Positions 16,520 through 24,933 of a stretch of DNA of 30,964 bases are shown piece by piece. Source of the stretch: a virus. Lineage: Duplodnaviria; Caudoviricetes. Both the position numbers and the translations under genes were made by a program. Position 1 is the stretch's first letter. Each line of letters starts with the position of its first letter. The notes beneath the pieces were generated by a model, which worked only from the letters and a program-made list of their open reading frames with translations, was not told where the DNA came from and searched no databases. Location of the stretch: IMG/VR virus record IMGVR_UViG_3300042510_000902, positions 1 to 30,964 of that record, one strand, 5' to 3'.

Positions 16520-17313
16520 TTGGCCTGCATGAAGGCCCGGTTAATCTTGTGTAGTAATTCAGTTCGTGGCAGCGGCGGCGTGACGTGTGTTGAGTTCCAT
16601 CGCTCCATGTGCATCCCGACTTCCGCCTGACTCATCCCGCATTCGACCAGTTTGCAGGCCGCTCGGTAAACATCCTTGTCACGCCCTTGCCCGCCTTGTT
16701 TCACTGTGACAGGTCTGATTCGATCAATGTAGGCAAGTCCGTCTCGAATGGATGATGTTTGGCTGTTGGCGTATGCTCCCAAACTAACTTCGGAGGATGC
16801 CGGTCGCTCAGGTCTCCATTCAGGATTGAAGACAGGCAACTCGCTGAACGGGATAAGTTTTCCGCGAATGTTGCTGCTACAGACACAGATGGAATACTGG
16901 TGACCGGATCGTACTGAAGGTGGTGCAACGACATAGCTTCGATCTCCTTTGACGTCGTACTCGAATCCTGACGGGTCTTTGATATGGGCGTCTGACTTGA
17001 TGTAGACTCCCGGATGCCTGTAGTAAAACTGCATCCCTCGTTTTGTCTTCACCCGCAGTGGTGTTTGCGGCTTCGTCTTCAGCCATCCGATGTAAGCGTC
17101 TTCGCTGTCACAGTCGGCCACCACCAGATTGTTAAACTGTCCCGTTAGCAGGGCAATATTGCAACCCGGAAAACGCCAGTTTGTTAGTGGTTTGTCGATA
17201 TGCTCCAGCCACTTGATGAATGGCTTCTTGTCGGTGCCGATGGGGATTACGGACAGCCCGAGGGATAGGTAATACTTGGCAACGATATCAAGCCTCTCCT
17301 GAAGGCCGTCCAT
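16516..17313 (-). CDS. Bifunctional primase-polymerase (Prim-Pol) with PriCT-like C-domain
   Basis: GLSVIPI...KKPFIKW...NIALLTG...LVVADCD...VKTKRGMQFYY...YVVAPPS; WN....PPL...EL. Confidence 0.9.
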   Translation of the reverse strand: MDGLQERLDIVAKYYLSLGLSVIPIGTDKKPFIKWLEHIDKPLTNWRFPGCNIALLTGQFNNLVVADCDSEDAYIGWLKTKPQTPLRVKTKRGMQFYYRHPGVYIKSDAHIKDPSGFEYDVKGDRSYVVAPPSVRSGHQYSICVCSSNIRGKLIPFSELPVFNPEWRPERPASSEVSLGAYANSQTSSIRDGLAYIDRIRPVTVKQGGQGRDKDVYRAACKLVECGMSQAEVGMHMERWNSTHVTPPLPRTELLHKINRAFMQAK

Positions 17314-17536
17314 GCCCGCTCCTTGCTTGAATCATTGCGTCAGCGATTGCATAACAGGCCACTGCAACGTCTGTGGTCGTCGGTGCCGATATCTTCACGA
17401 AGTCTGATTCACGTCCAGCCCAAACGCCCGCCAGTGCCTGACCTGCAAACCAGTCACGCATCGTCAGTCCGTCGTTTCCGTTTGTCGTTCCGTATGCTGA
17501 CGGAAACGCTGGTCTATCACCGTCGTCTTTGCTCAC
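17288..17536 (-). CDS. Conserved small phage protein
   Basis: PAFP...GLTMRDWFAGQALAG...CYAIADAMI motif widespread in phages. Confidence 0.8.
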   Translation of the reverse strand: MSKDDGDRPAFPSAYGTTNGNDGLTMRDWFAGQALAGVWAGRESDFVKISAPTTTDVAVACYAIADAMIQARSGHGRPSGEA

Positions 17537-19158
17537 TTGGCAACTCCTTCATTCTTGCGGATCAAATCAGCCATTGGGACGCTATTAACCATCCGGCTCA
17601 TGTCGGCCCTGTTGGCTGGCATAAACGGAAGATTTTTCGGTATCTGACAGCCCTTGAGGTGCTCGAATCCTCGTAGGTGTCCTGTGTAGATCATTGCGGC
17701 AGCCTTGCGAAAGCTATAACCCTTACGCTTGGCCATCCAATACGCTCGCTCGAATGCTGCCGCTACATCCGGCAGATTGGCTTGCTTGGCTCGCTTGACT
17801 GGTAGCCCGGTTACTTCCTTCAGTTCGCCGGATCGTTGAATTACGGTCCTGCGTCGTTTGCCCTTCATGTCGTGACCGCATGAATAACAGTTCCCGTGAC
17901 GCGGGAAGTCCTGGACGGCGTGACAGGCTGGGCACTCGTAGCCAACTTCCTTGGTCAATGGATCTGCTTGGTTTTCCTGGCTGTTTCTCAGTGCGTCCAT
18001 TCGCTCGTCGGTGACTTCTTTCACTGATCCGCAGCGGTAGTATTGCCTCCAGATGTCTTCCATGTCGGCGTTTGGTGACGGGTGTCTCCACCACGATCCA
18101 CCATGATCCTGCACGATGCAATACGGTCTCTGCTGGCCGTTTCCAAAGTCTCTCGTCGGCAGTGAAGGATGATTGCGAAGCACTCGACCGACGATCTGAG
18201 TGTGTGACAGAATCGAACCGATCGGAGTCGCCAGAATCAGATGGAATAGCTGCGGAATGTCCAGCCCTTCACGCATCACGAATCGGTTGCAGACTACGCT
18301 GATTTCTCCCGTCTTCAGTTGGGCTAGGATGTCGTCTCGTCGTTCCTGACTGCTGGTTGATCTGATTCCGTCACAGTAAACGTCGTCGCCGTCGATGTGT
18401 GCCGCTCTGATTCCTCGTTTGGCGTATTCGTCCACGAACCAAACCGATTCTTCAACTCCGGGGGCAAAGAGAATTGCCGGTCGTAGTTCTGGATTGAGTT
18501 TTATGTGTTCTTCGATCACTCGGGCGTAGATGGCCTGAGTCCATATCTTTTTGCGGATATCACCGACAGCATATTCCCCGGTTGCTGTTCGTTTGATGTC
18601 GGTCGTGTCCATCTCGCCGCAGGAGTAGACAAGAGCCGGGACCAGTGCTCCGCACTTTCGCAGGTCCGACCGTGAACCAGCCAGAATCAAATCTTCGTAC
18701 AGATGCGACAACTCAAGGGGCGTTGCTGTCACGCCTATAATTGTCGCTCCTTGGTCGACGTACTCGTTCAGCAGTTCAGCCGCTTTGTCGGCCTTGTTCA
18801 TGTGGGCTTCGTCAACAAGGATAATGTCCGCCGCTGGCATCAGGTTACGGGCTGTCAGTGTCGGGATGCTGGCCAATGTGTAACCACGCTGCCCGATGTC
18901 CTTCACGCCGGAACGCATTTGACGTACGTCAAAACCATCGCACGTCAGCCCCGTGTAGAGTTGATCCAGAAGCCAACGACGGGAAGCAAGCTGGAGAACT
19001 CGCTTTCCTTCGTTTAGTGCATCTTCTGCAATCTGAATCATCATCTTCGACTTACCGCCGCCGGTTGGACTACAGAGGCAGATACGCTTTCGACCTGCCG
19101 CCATGAGCCGCCGCACTTCGGATACGCCGAATATCTGATGAGGCCAGAAGTTGTTCAT
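17533..19158 (-). CDS. SF2 DEAH helicase with C-terminal Zn ribbon
   Basis: SPTGGGKS, DEAH, TATP, EGLDIP, QIVGRVLR, CPAC...CYSC. Confidence 0.93.
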   Translation of the reverse strand: MNNFWPHQIFGVSEVRRLMAAGRKRICLCSPTGGGKSKMMIQIAEDALNEGKRVLQLASRRWLLDQLYTGLTCDGFDVRQMRSGVKDIGQRGYTLASIPTLTARNLMPAADIILVDEAHMNKADKAAELLNEYVDQGATIIGVTATPLELSHLYEDLILAGSRSDLRKCGALVPALVYSCGEMDTTDIKRTATGEYAVGDIRKKIWTQAIYARVIEEHIKLNPELRPAILFAPGVEESVWFVDEYAKRGIRAAHIDGDDVYCDGIRSTSSQERRDDILAQLKTGEISVVCNRFVMREGLDIPQLFHLILATPIGSILSHTQIVGRVLRNHPSLPTRDFGNGQQRPYCIVQDHGGSWWRHPSPNADMEDIWRQYYRCGSVKEVTDERMDALRNSQENQADPLTKEVGYECPACHAVQDFPRHGNCYSCGHDMKGKRRRTVIQRSGELKEVTGLPVKRAKQANLPDVAAAFERAYWMAKRKGYSFRKAAAMIYTGHLRGFEHLKGCQIPKNLPFMPANRADMSRMVNSVPMADLIRKNEGVAK

Positions 19159-19161
19159 AGC

Positions 19162-20028
19162 TTACAACCACTCCTGCTGAGGAAACAACTTCTGCCAATC
19201 GTTACCGAGTTTCTTAAACACTCGCAGAAACTCCGCGTGCTGGGCTACTGTCAACTGATCCAGTTCAGCCCCTCGGTCGATGGTCCTGATGATCGTCTGG
19301 AAAGCCTTGCGAAATGCTGAGGCGTCCGGCTTCGTCCATTCCCGGCTGTCTTCTTCCGGTTCATCGTCTTCCGAGGGCGTGACAGTTGGGGCGACTGCTG
19401 CCCGGTAGGCTGTGTTGATCGGCTGATTCTCCAGCTTGTCGCGGAGTTCTTCAGCCCGGTCGACGTTGCCCTCTGCCTCGGCCTTGTCGATCTCTTTGAC
19501 GACTGCCAAAGCTCGTGCGGCTGTCGGTCGTGACATTCCAACACGCTGAGCCGCTATGTCGTCTGTTCGTTGCTTGATCGGCTTGTCTGGACGGTCGTTT
19601 TCTCCTGTCTCACCGTGAGACAAGACAGATTCATTGGGGTTTTCGGCTTTTCGGCAGGATTCAGCCGCTTCGGCTTCTTCTGCTTTATACTGCCCGAATA
19701 GTCGGGCGGTCTGTTCTTTGGTCCTGACTCGCACCTGCTTCTGCAGGGTATCCCATGCGTGCAGAGTCTTGTCGATGTCTTCGTGATCGCTGACGTAACA
19801 GGGGACCGACTTCAGCCCCATCTTGACGGCTGCTGCTGTCCGGCGGTGTCCATCGCAAATCATGCGTTTTGAGTTGACGATGATCGGTGCCAGGACGCCA
19901 TCTTCTTTGATCGACGCAAGGAACTCCGGTGTGAGTTCGGAGTCTGTCGGCCCGAACACGTATTTGTTTTTTGGGCATGGTCGCAATGTTGATGGGTCAA
20001 CCTGTTCGAAGTAGCTACGAACGCCCAT
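19162..20028 (-). CDS. ParB/Srx N-terminal domain protein with HTH
   Basis: LASIKEDGVLAPIIV...ICDGHRR...VPC; HTH-like TDDIAAQRVGMSRPTAAR; start set to ATG 20028 (AAAGGA RBS). Confidence 0.85.
   Translation of the reverse strand: MGVRSYFEQVDPSTLRPCPKNKYVFGPTDSELTPEFLASIKEDGVLAPIIVNSKRMICDGHRRTAAAVKMGLKSVPCYVSDHEDIDKTLHAWDTLQKQVRVRTKEQTARLFGQYKAEEAEAAESCRKAENPNESVLSHGETGENDRPDKPIKQRTDDIAAQRVGMSRPTAARALAVVKEIDKAEAEGNVDRAEELRDKLENQPINTAYRAAVAPTVTPSEDDEPEEDSREWTKPDASAFRKAFQTIIRTIDRGAELDQLTVAQHAEFLRVFKKLGNDWQKLFPQQEWL
19606..19622. repeat. 17-bp palindrome, copy 2, inside the parB-like gene
   Basis: TGTCTCACCGTGAGACA encodes LSHGET in the linker before the HTH. Confidence 0.85.
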
Positions 20029-20073
20029 AAGGGAGTCCTTTCCGCAAGAGTCTAAATTCTCCGTAAACACCAG

Positions 20074-20325
20074 TGGGAGTGCAGGAGTCGAACCTGCTCG
20101 GCGGGGTATCCCCCTATTGCTTCACCAGAGGTAAATGGGAATCGAACCCAAAGCAGTCACCACGACGATACGGGAGTCGAACCCGCTTACCTTCCCCTTC
20201 TCCCGGCTGACAGGCTTTCACTGTCTCCCTCGCTGTAGCGAGTATCAGGCGATAGTTAGTGATTTCAACGGCTCAGCACTTCGCCTAAAAGAAGCCGGTT
20301 CCAGTCCACCCAGTTATCTGGGCGG
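20074..20325 (-). ncRNA. Candidate structured RNA with three tRNA-type T-arms
   Basis: GCGGG-TTCGACT-CCCGT, TGGG-TTCGATT-CCCA and GCAGG-TTCGACT-CCTGC, plus several enclosing stems, in a non-coding gap. Confidence 0.6.
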
Positions 20326-21273
20326 TTAAATCGGTGCTTCCTGCGTCTGTGGCAGCCCAAGTGCAACCTGCTGACTTTCGCACAGTGCCAGCAGCGTTGA
20401 ACCGTCGTCCTGAGTTAGCTTGCCTTCCTGAACGCGGACCATCAGGGCGTCTGCGATCTTCTGGAGTCCTTCAGCAGACTTTGCCGTCATGATGGCGGAA
20501 TGTGCCTTGCTGTAGGTGTCATCCTTTGCGGCGGGCTTGATGTCCGGCTTCTTTGGTTCCGGGGCTTTGCTGTCATCTAAGAACGCGACAATCTTTCCAA
20601 TGAAGTCCTCGCCGGGCTTCTTGAACGTCTTGCCGACAAGTGATTCCAGTTCGGTTCCTCGAATACCATCAACGGTCAACTCAGCGTGTTCCATAGTGCC
20701 GGTGATGTCAAATTCGTATTCCATGCCATCGCGTTGAACAGCCGCCATGCCAACCTTTTTGGGTGTCTGCTTTCCGTTTGCTCCAGTTTCGATGACATAG
20801 TCCACCTTCTGCCGCATGGTTGCGATCAGGTGAACGGGGCAGTGGTTTATTGCTGAAATCAACTCATTATGAAGCGGCGTTGCCTTACTCCAGCCGGAAG
20901 AAAATTTATTGCTTCCAGATGATGAATCGACAATCTCAAGGCATCCACCTTTGCCCATCCACGCATGGGATAGGCTGTCGATCCCGCAAGCGTCGTAGCC
21001 TGCCTTGACGAATGCGTTCATTGCGTCGATATAGGTTTGCGGATTGAACTCATCCAGGACGATCATATCGAATTCGCCAACGCCTTCCGCTCCAGCGTAG
21101 ATTTGGCAGTTATCGCCTTCAGTTGTCACAACTCCGATCCTGCCATTCGGCCCCACCAAAGCTCGTAAGAACTTGAGCATTGTGAGAGTCTTCCCCGACT
21201 TGCTGGCACCAACCAAAGCTAGTCTCAGCTTGCGTTTCTTCTTCTCCGCTTTCTTGATCGTGAACCCACTCAT
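20326..21273 (-). CDS. AAA_24 family (Sak4-like) ATPase
   Basis: LALVGASKSGKT, IDSLSHAW.G.GG, HLIATMR.K, QRDGMEYEFD. Confidence 0.85.
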   Translation of the reverse strand: MSGFTIKKAEKKKRKLRLALVGASKSGKTLTMLKFLRALVGPNGRIGVVTTEGDNCQIYAGAEGVGEFDMIVLDEFNPQTYIDAMNAFVKAGYDACGIDSLSHAWMGKGGCLEIVDSSSGSNKFSSGWSKATPLHNELISAINHCPVHLIATMRQKVDYVIETGANGKQTPKKVGMAAVQRDGMEYEFDITGTMEHAELTVDGIRGTELESLVGKTFKKPGEDFIGKIVAFLDDSKAPEPKKPDIKPAAKDDTYSKAHSAIMTAKSAEGLQKIADALMVRVQEGKLTQDDGSTLLALCESQQVALGLPQTQEAPI

Positions 21274-21320
21274 ATTCAGCCTCCATCGTCATCAGTAAAA
21301 GTAAATCGTCATCTTCCACG

Positions 21321-21602
21321 TTACACCTCAACAGGTACAAGCCGTATGAATTTCTCTTCGTCTTGGTATCCGGTCAGGTCCAGTTCAGGCCGATTCAGTG
21401 CTGCCCGCATAAACGAGGAGGTGTAAATCTCCCGCATAGTGGGCAGTTTTCTATCGGCAACAGGTTCCATCGGCAATGGACAATCCCGGATTCCGCCGGT
21501 TGCTTCCTGAATCCACTGTGAACCGCTCAGCCGTCCATCCTCTTCCCGGTACGCTCCGCAGGTCGCTTCCTCCGGTCGTGTAGTGAATCGGATCGTACTC
21601 AC
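21321..21602 (-). CDS. Hypothetical protein
   Basis: Likely GTG start at 21602 after AAAGGG; fills the gap before the AAA gene. Confidence 0.5.
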   Translation of the reverse strand: MSTIRFTTRPEEATCGAYREEDGRLSGSQWIQEATGGIRDCPLPMEPVADRKLPTMREIYTSSFMRAALNRPELDLTGYQDEEKFIRLVPVEV

Positions 21603-21684
21603 GGCAAACCCTTTCAGCAGAATCAGAACACCGACAACCGGCAACACAAATCAGCAACGCGATCCATCGCATAACAGTCTCCAT
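21451..21684 (-). CDS. Small lipoprotein-like hypothetical protein
   Basis: MRWIALLICVAGC resembles a lipobox signal; GGAG before the internal Met. Confidence 0.4.
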   Translation of the reverse strand: METVMRWIALLICVAGCRCSDSAERVCREYDPIHYTTGGSDLRSVPGRGWTAERFTVDSGSNRRNPGLSIADGTCCR

Positions 21685-21705
21685 AACTGGGCAGTTTAAC
21701 TTGGA

Positions 21706-21909
21706 TCAAACAGAAGCCATGCCGCAAGTCGGCACAGCAGATAGAACACCACCAGACTGACCATCGCACAACTCCTGTCGTAGAATGGTGACATTGATCG
21801 GAGCGGCTATCGCGATTTTCACGCGACCCTGACCGACGTTCACGATCTTAATCGTGATGTTGTCGTTGATCCTGATCGACTCGCCCTGCTTCCGTGATAA
21901 CACCAACAT
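21706..21909 (-). CDS. csrA: Carbon storage regulator CsrA/RsmA homolog
   Basis: [23 protein letters not shown]...RVKIAIAAP...ILRQEL; GGAGG RBS before ATG 21909. Confidence 0.93.
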   Translation of the reverse strand: MLVLSRKQGESIRINDNITIKIVNVGQGRVKIAIAAPINVTILRQELCDGQSGGVLSAVPTCGMASV

Positions 21910-21964
21910 TGCAAACCTCCTTGCGTTGTTCATCCGGCCTCTCACAGCGATCGGCCTCCGTGAA

Positions 21965-21993
21965 CAGTATCGGCAGGCGGGCAGTTTGCAAAC
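21965..21993 (-). promoter_or_regulatory. Repeated promoter-like motif TTTGCA-N15-GATACT, upstream of csrA
   Basis: Same boxes and spacing as 26401, 28587 and 30018. Confidence 0.55.
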
Positions 21994-22020
21994 TCCAATT
22001 CGCAAAAATCTTTGCAGAAT

Positions 22021-22236
22021 CTAGGATGCTGATTTTCTGCCGGGTTTTCCACGGCGTTCTGCGGCATAGCTTTGCAGGCTGGCAATCGTGATCAACTTTC
22101 CAAAACGAGTCTCGATGGTCTCAAGCGTTCCCCGCGAAACCATAGACGCAACGGTTGAAGCGGCAAGGCGTAATTCCTTGGCCGCTTCGTTAACCGTGTA
22201 TAGCTCGTCGAAATTGATATCCATCTGGGCAATCAT
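22021..22236 (-). CDS. Excisionase-like HTH_17 protein
   Basis: LYTVNEAAKELRLAASTVASMVSRGTL...FGKLI; near attP. Confidence 0.8.
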   Translation of the reverse strand: MIAQMDINFDELYTVNEAAKELRLAASTVASMVSRGTLETIETRFGKLITIASLQSYAAERRGKPGRKSAS

Positions 22237-22242
22237 TCCTGC

Positions 22243-22271
22243 AGTATGCGACAGGAAGCAACAGAGTTCAA
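22243..22271 (-). promoter_or_regulatory. Sigma70-type promoter TTGAAC-17-CATACT
   Basis: Exact 17-nt spacer in the intergenic gap; predicted +1 falls near ATG 22236. Confidence 0.5.
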
Positions 22272-22279
22272 GGCATAAA

Positions 22280-22582
22280 CTACGCGGCATCCTGTTTTGA
22301 TGGTCGACCTACGCGGCCCTGCCGGTTCTCTACCCACCATTTAACGTCTTCGTGACTGATCACCCATTCCTTCCCGAATGCCTGGGCATTGGTGAAGACG
22401 TTGTCCTGACAGTACTTCCTGATCGTTGCCGGTGTCAGCTTCATGGCTTTGGCGGCGTCCTTAACTGGCATGAAGTCTGCCAGCAGCTTGGCAAACACGT
22501 TATCAACCTGCGGGCGTCTCGGTGTCTGGCGGGTGAAGATTTTCGGTTCTGTTCTGTTCCGGCCATTGTTTTCTGTTGGCAT
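22280..22582 (-). CDS. Second excisionase-like HTH_17 protein
   Basis: MPVKDAAKAMKLTPATIRKYC...FGKEWVI...GRP; adjacent to attP. Confidence 0.8.
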   Translation of the reverse strand: MPTENNGRNRTEPKIFTRQTPRRPQVDNVFAKLLADFMPVKDAAKAMKLTPATIRKYCQDNVFTNAQAFGKEWVISHEDVKWWVENRQGRVGRPSKQDAA

Positions 22583-22609
22583 CTGCCTGCTCCCGTGGGT
22601 AGTTTCGCC

Positions 22610-22647
22610 CCAAGAAAACCCCTTGTCTCACCGTGAGACAAGGGGTT
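22610..22647 (-). terminator. 31-bp palindrome containing 17-bp repeat copy 3; terminator-like, downstream of the tRNA fragment
   Basis: AACCCCTTGTCTCAC-N-GTGAGACAAGGGGTT (22617-22647) running into TTTTCTT on the minus strand. Confidence 0.7.
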
Positions 22648-22649
22648 AT

Positions 22650-22710
22650 TGCGCAAGACAGGAGTTGAACCTGCACGAGTTTTACCTCACTAGCTCCTGA
22701 AGCGAGTGAG
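22650..22710 (-). other. attP: 3' half of tRNA-Leu(CAG) with core inverted repeat
   Basis: Anticodon loop TTCAGGA, long variable arm, T-arm GCAGG-TTCAACT-CCTGT, acceptor strand CTTGCGC-A; no 5' half; 9-bp arms with one mismatch flank the 7-nt loop; next to the integrase. Confidence 0.85.
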
Positions 22711-22826
22711 ATTCTGGTTATCACTACCCCTGGGTTAGTCCCACTTGTGAAAACATTGATTCTTGCCGATCCCTTATGTGTGAACATTTCCAGCGGACGG
22801 AGTCGCAAAGACTGCTGGAGAAAAAC

Positions 22827-23702
22827 GTGACTGTTGTTGAGTTTGCGATTCAATACGTGGCAGAAAACAAGCTCGCCAAGACTCCCATTTATTCGGCCAA
22901 TCGTTTCGCCCGAATGATGGGGAATCTGTCTCTTTCGGCAGTCGATGATGCTGTGTTGAAGCAGTGGCAAAAACTGCAGGAGAAAGAAGGGCTGTCCGTC
23001 TGGTCTATCAAGGGCGGGCTGAAGGATCTTCGCACGTTGATTCGGGCGAGCGGTGGTGACGTCAAGGCGTTCAAGATTGCAAACCCTGAGCCGAATCCTC
23101 AGCCGGTTGAGTTATCTGTCATCGACACTGTCTGGCCACACTTGGCTGACTGGTCACGGCAGTGGCTGGTGATTGCGTATTGGACCGCCTTGCGGTTTGC
23201 TGACTCTGTGAGAATGCAGCGGGTTGTTGAGGCTGACAAACTGGAATGGAAAGCTAGCAAGACGGGACGACGGCACAGATGGCCGGTCCCGAAGTGGATC
23301 AAGCCACACTTGGCCAAAGTCCCACTGCCATACACCAAAAACGAGGATCACTCAGAAGTCATCGTCCGGGCTGAACTCCAAAGAGCCTGCCTGCTCGCTA
23401 AAGTGCCAAGAATCCTGCCGTCGAATGTCCGAGATACTTCCCTGCGTGAATGGGTGCGGGCTGACTTCCACGTCGGCCAGGTGCTGCATGGTTGCCGGTT
23501 AGGCGTGATCGGCCACTATGTCGACGTGTTGGATATCATCGGCCCGGTTGCCCCTCGTGTCAGGCTGCCTGAATGCTTTGGGGTGTCGCAGGATAAACAG
23601 CCAGAATCTGAATTGGTCGAGTCGTTCCGGCTGCTTGATCCGCAGGCTAAAGACTTAGTTTTGATGACTGCTCAGAGAATGGCGGTTCGTCGCGTGTCCT
23701 GA
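22827..23702 (+). CDS. int: Tyrosine recombinase/integrase with non-canonical catalytic motifs
   Basis: AYWTALRFAD (R), SKTG (K), SNVRDT (R), LHGC...HY (Y); beside attP; start GTG 22827 (GGAG) or ATG 22776. Confidence 0.8.
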   Translation: MTVVEFAIQYVAENKLAKTPIYSANRFARMMGNLSLSAVDDAVLKQWQKLQEKEGLSVWSIKGGLKDLRTLIRASGGDVKAFKIANPEPNPQPVELSVIDTVWPHLADWSRQWLVIAYWTALRFADSVRMQRVVEADKLEWKASKTGRRHRWPVPKWIKPHLAKVPLPYTKNEDHSEVIVRAELQRACLLAKVPRILPSNVRDTSLREWVRADFHVGQVLHGCRLGVIGHYVDVLDIIGPVAPRVRLPECFGVSQDKQPESELVESFRLLDPQAKDLVLMTAQRMAVRRVS

Positions 23703-23719
23703 AATGGCGGTCTAGACTG

Positions 23720-23749
23720 TTGACACTTAACGACAGGAAGCGTGACAAT
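23720..23749 (+). promoter_or_regulatory. Candidate promoter TTGACA-18-GACAAT
   Basis: Intergenic, ahead of the rightward three-gene block. Confidence 0.35.
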
Positions 23750-23802
23750 ACGCAGAATGAGTCGGGCACGATGTCCGGCATAACCTCAGCAAAGGATTGC
23801 TC

Positions 23803-24933
23803 ATGTCTACCGTTCTGGAGTCTCCGCAGACTCACACTGACGATCTCGTTTCAGCCGTCCGCACGTTGGATAAAGCCTACCAGAAATGGCTGTCCACTGA
23901 TGATGACACTGAATTCCCGCCGACACTGGTCAAAGCTATCTCAGTCGTGGCAGCCATTGTCACGACGGGCTTTCCGAAAGACGATCGCCTCGTCAGCTTG
24001 TTTCTGGCCTGTGCCAACCTGGCGACAGCGTTTCAGGATGTGCTGAACGAAAAGCCCGGCAGTGCTCGCACGACTGTGGCGGCTATCGAAAACGTCTGCA
24101 AGTTCCTCGACGCCCACGAATCGCAGGAGGAAGCTCCGCAGCAGTCCGTGGCCTCTCTGCTCACTGAATGGAAAAATCAGCCGAACCGCTACGTCTGGGT
24201 GGCTCGACAGTTTGGTGAGTACGATGCTGATCAGGATCTGTGGCGTGGTCCGTTCTTCAATCGGGCTGGCGTGCCGATGGCTGATCGAATCGAGAAAGAG
24301 GCGGCGTCACCCGGTTCGATTCTCGGTGAAGGATTTACGCCGAATCATCAGGCCGTAAAGAATGCACGGATCAAGGCTGCCGCGTTGAGCCAGTTGGCTA
24401 ACCTTCAGGCTGGTCTATTCCGCCCAGAAGGCGGGGCATTTCCTGAGAAGGCTTCCGTCCTCGATCAGTTGAAGGATGGCCAATATCCGGACGTGATCAG
24501 CCGCGTATCGAAAGTGCCATTGGCTGAAGTGCTGAAGGTTGCCGCCGATAACGGGATCAAGGTGTCCAGCCGTGACGACGACTTGGGGCGGGCTGCATCG
24601 GAAGCGTTCTCTGATCCGATTGCTGAAGCCTCCGGATTCGTCAAGCCGTCCTTTGACACGGTCCCTGATGACTTTGCCGACGATGACGACGATCAGCCGT
24701 TTGATGTCGATAACACCGAGGAAACGACTGACGTCCTTGCCGGTGTCGAGATGACCAGTGCAGAACCTGCCAAGCTGTCATCCTCTGAACTCGAACAGTT
24801 CACGCTGGATTACCTGTCAGAGAACGAGGACGCGACAGCCCAGGACATTCTGATCGCTGCCGTTGAAACGACTGGCAAGTCGGCGTCTCGGCAGATGCTT
24901 TCTCCGATCCTGAAGAAGCTGCGAGGTGCATAA
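23803..24933 (+). CDS. Hypothetical protein with acidic linker and HTH-like segments
   Basis: AAAGGA RBS before ATG 23803; long ORF with coding-like codon usage. Confidence 0.8.
   Translation: MSTVLESPQTHTDDLVSAVRTLDKAYQKWLSTDDDTEFPPTLVKAISVVAAIVTTGFPKDDRLVSLFLACANLATAFQDVLNEKPGSARTTVAAIENVCKFLDAHESQEEAPQQSVASLLTEWKNQPNRYVWVARQFGEYDADQDLWRGPFFNRAGVPMADRIEKEAASPGSILGEGFTPNHQAVKNARIKAAALSQLANLQAGLFRPEGGAFPEKASVLDQLKDGQYPDVISRVSKVPLAEVLKVAADNGIKVSSRDDDLGRAASEAFSDPIAEASGFVKPSFDTVPDDFADDDDDQPFDVDNTEETTDVLAGVEMTSAEPAKLSSSELEQFTLDYLSENEDATAQDILIAAVETTGKSASRQMLSPILKKLRGA

Noticed and set aside
19165-19174. Further CAACCACTCC copy at the end of the parB-like gene
   Set aside because: No flanking stem; explained by EWL codons and the GGAG RBS of the helicase
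20074-20200. Cluster of canonical tRNA genes
   Set aside because: T-arms are only about 34 and 55 nt apart, too close for full tRNAs, and no D or anticodon arms were found
22650-22740. Complete tRNA-Leu gene
   Set aside because: No 5' acceptor strand (GCGCAAG) or D-arm upstream of the anticodon arm; only the 3' half is present, so called attP
22503-22970. Minus-strand ORF crossing attP (possible integration-truncated repressor)
   Set aside because: No HTH or recognisable protein features; overlaps the integrase antisense
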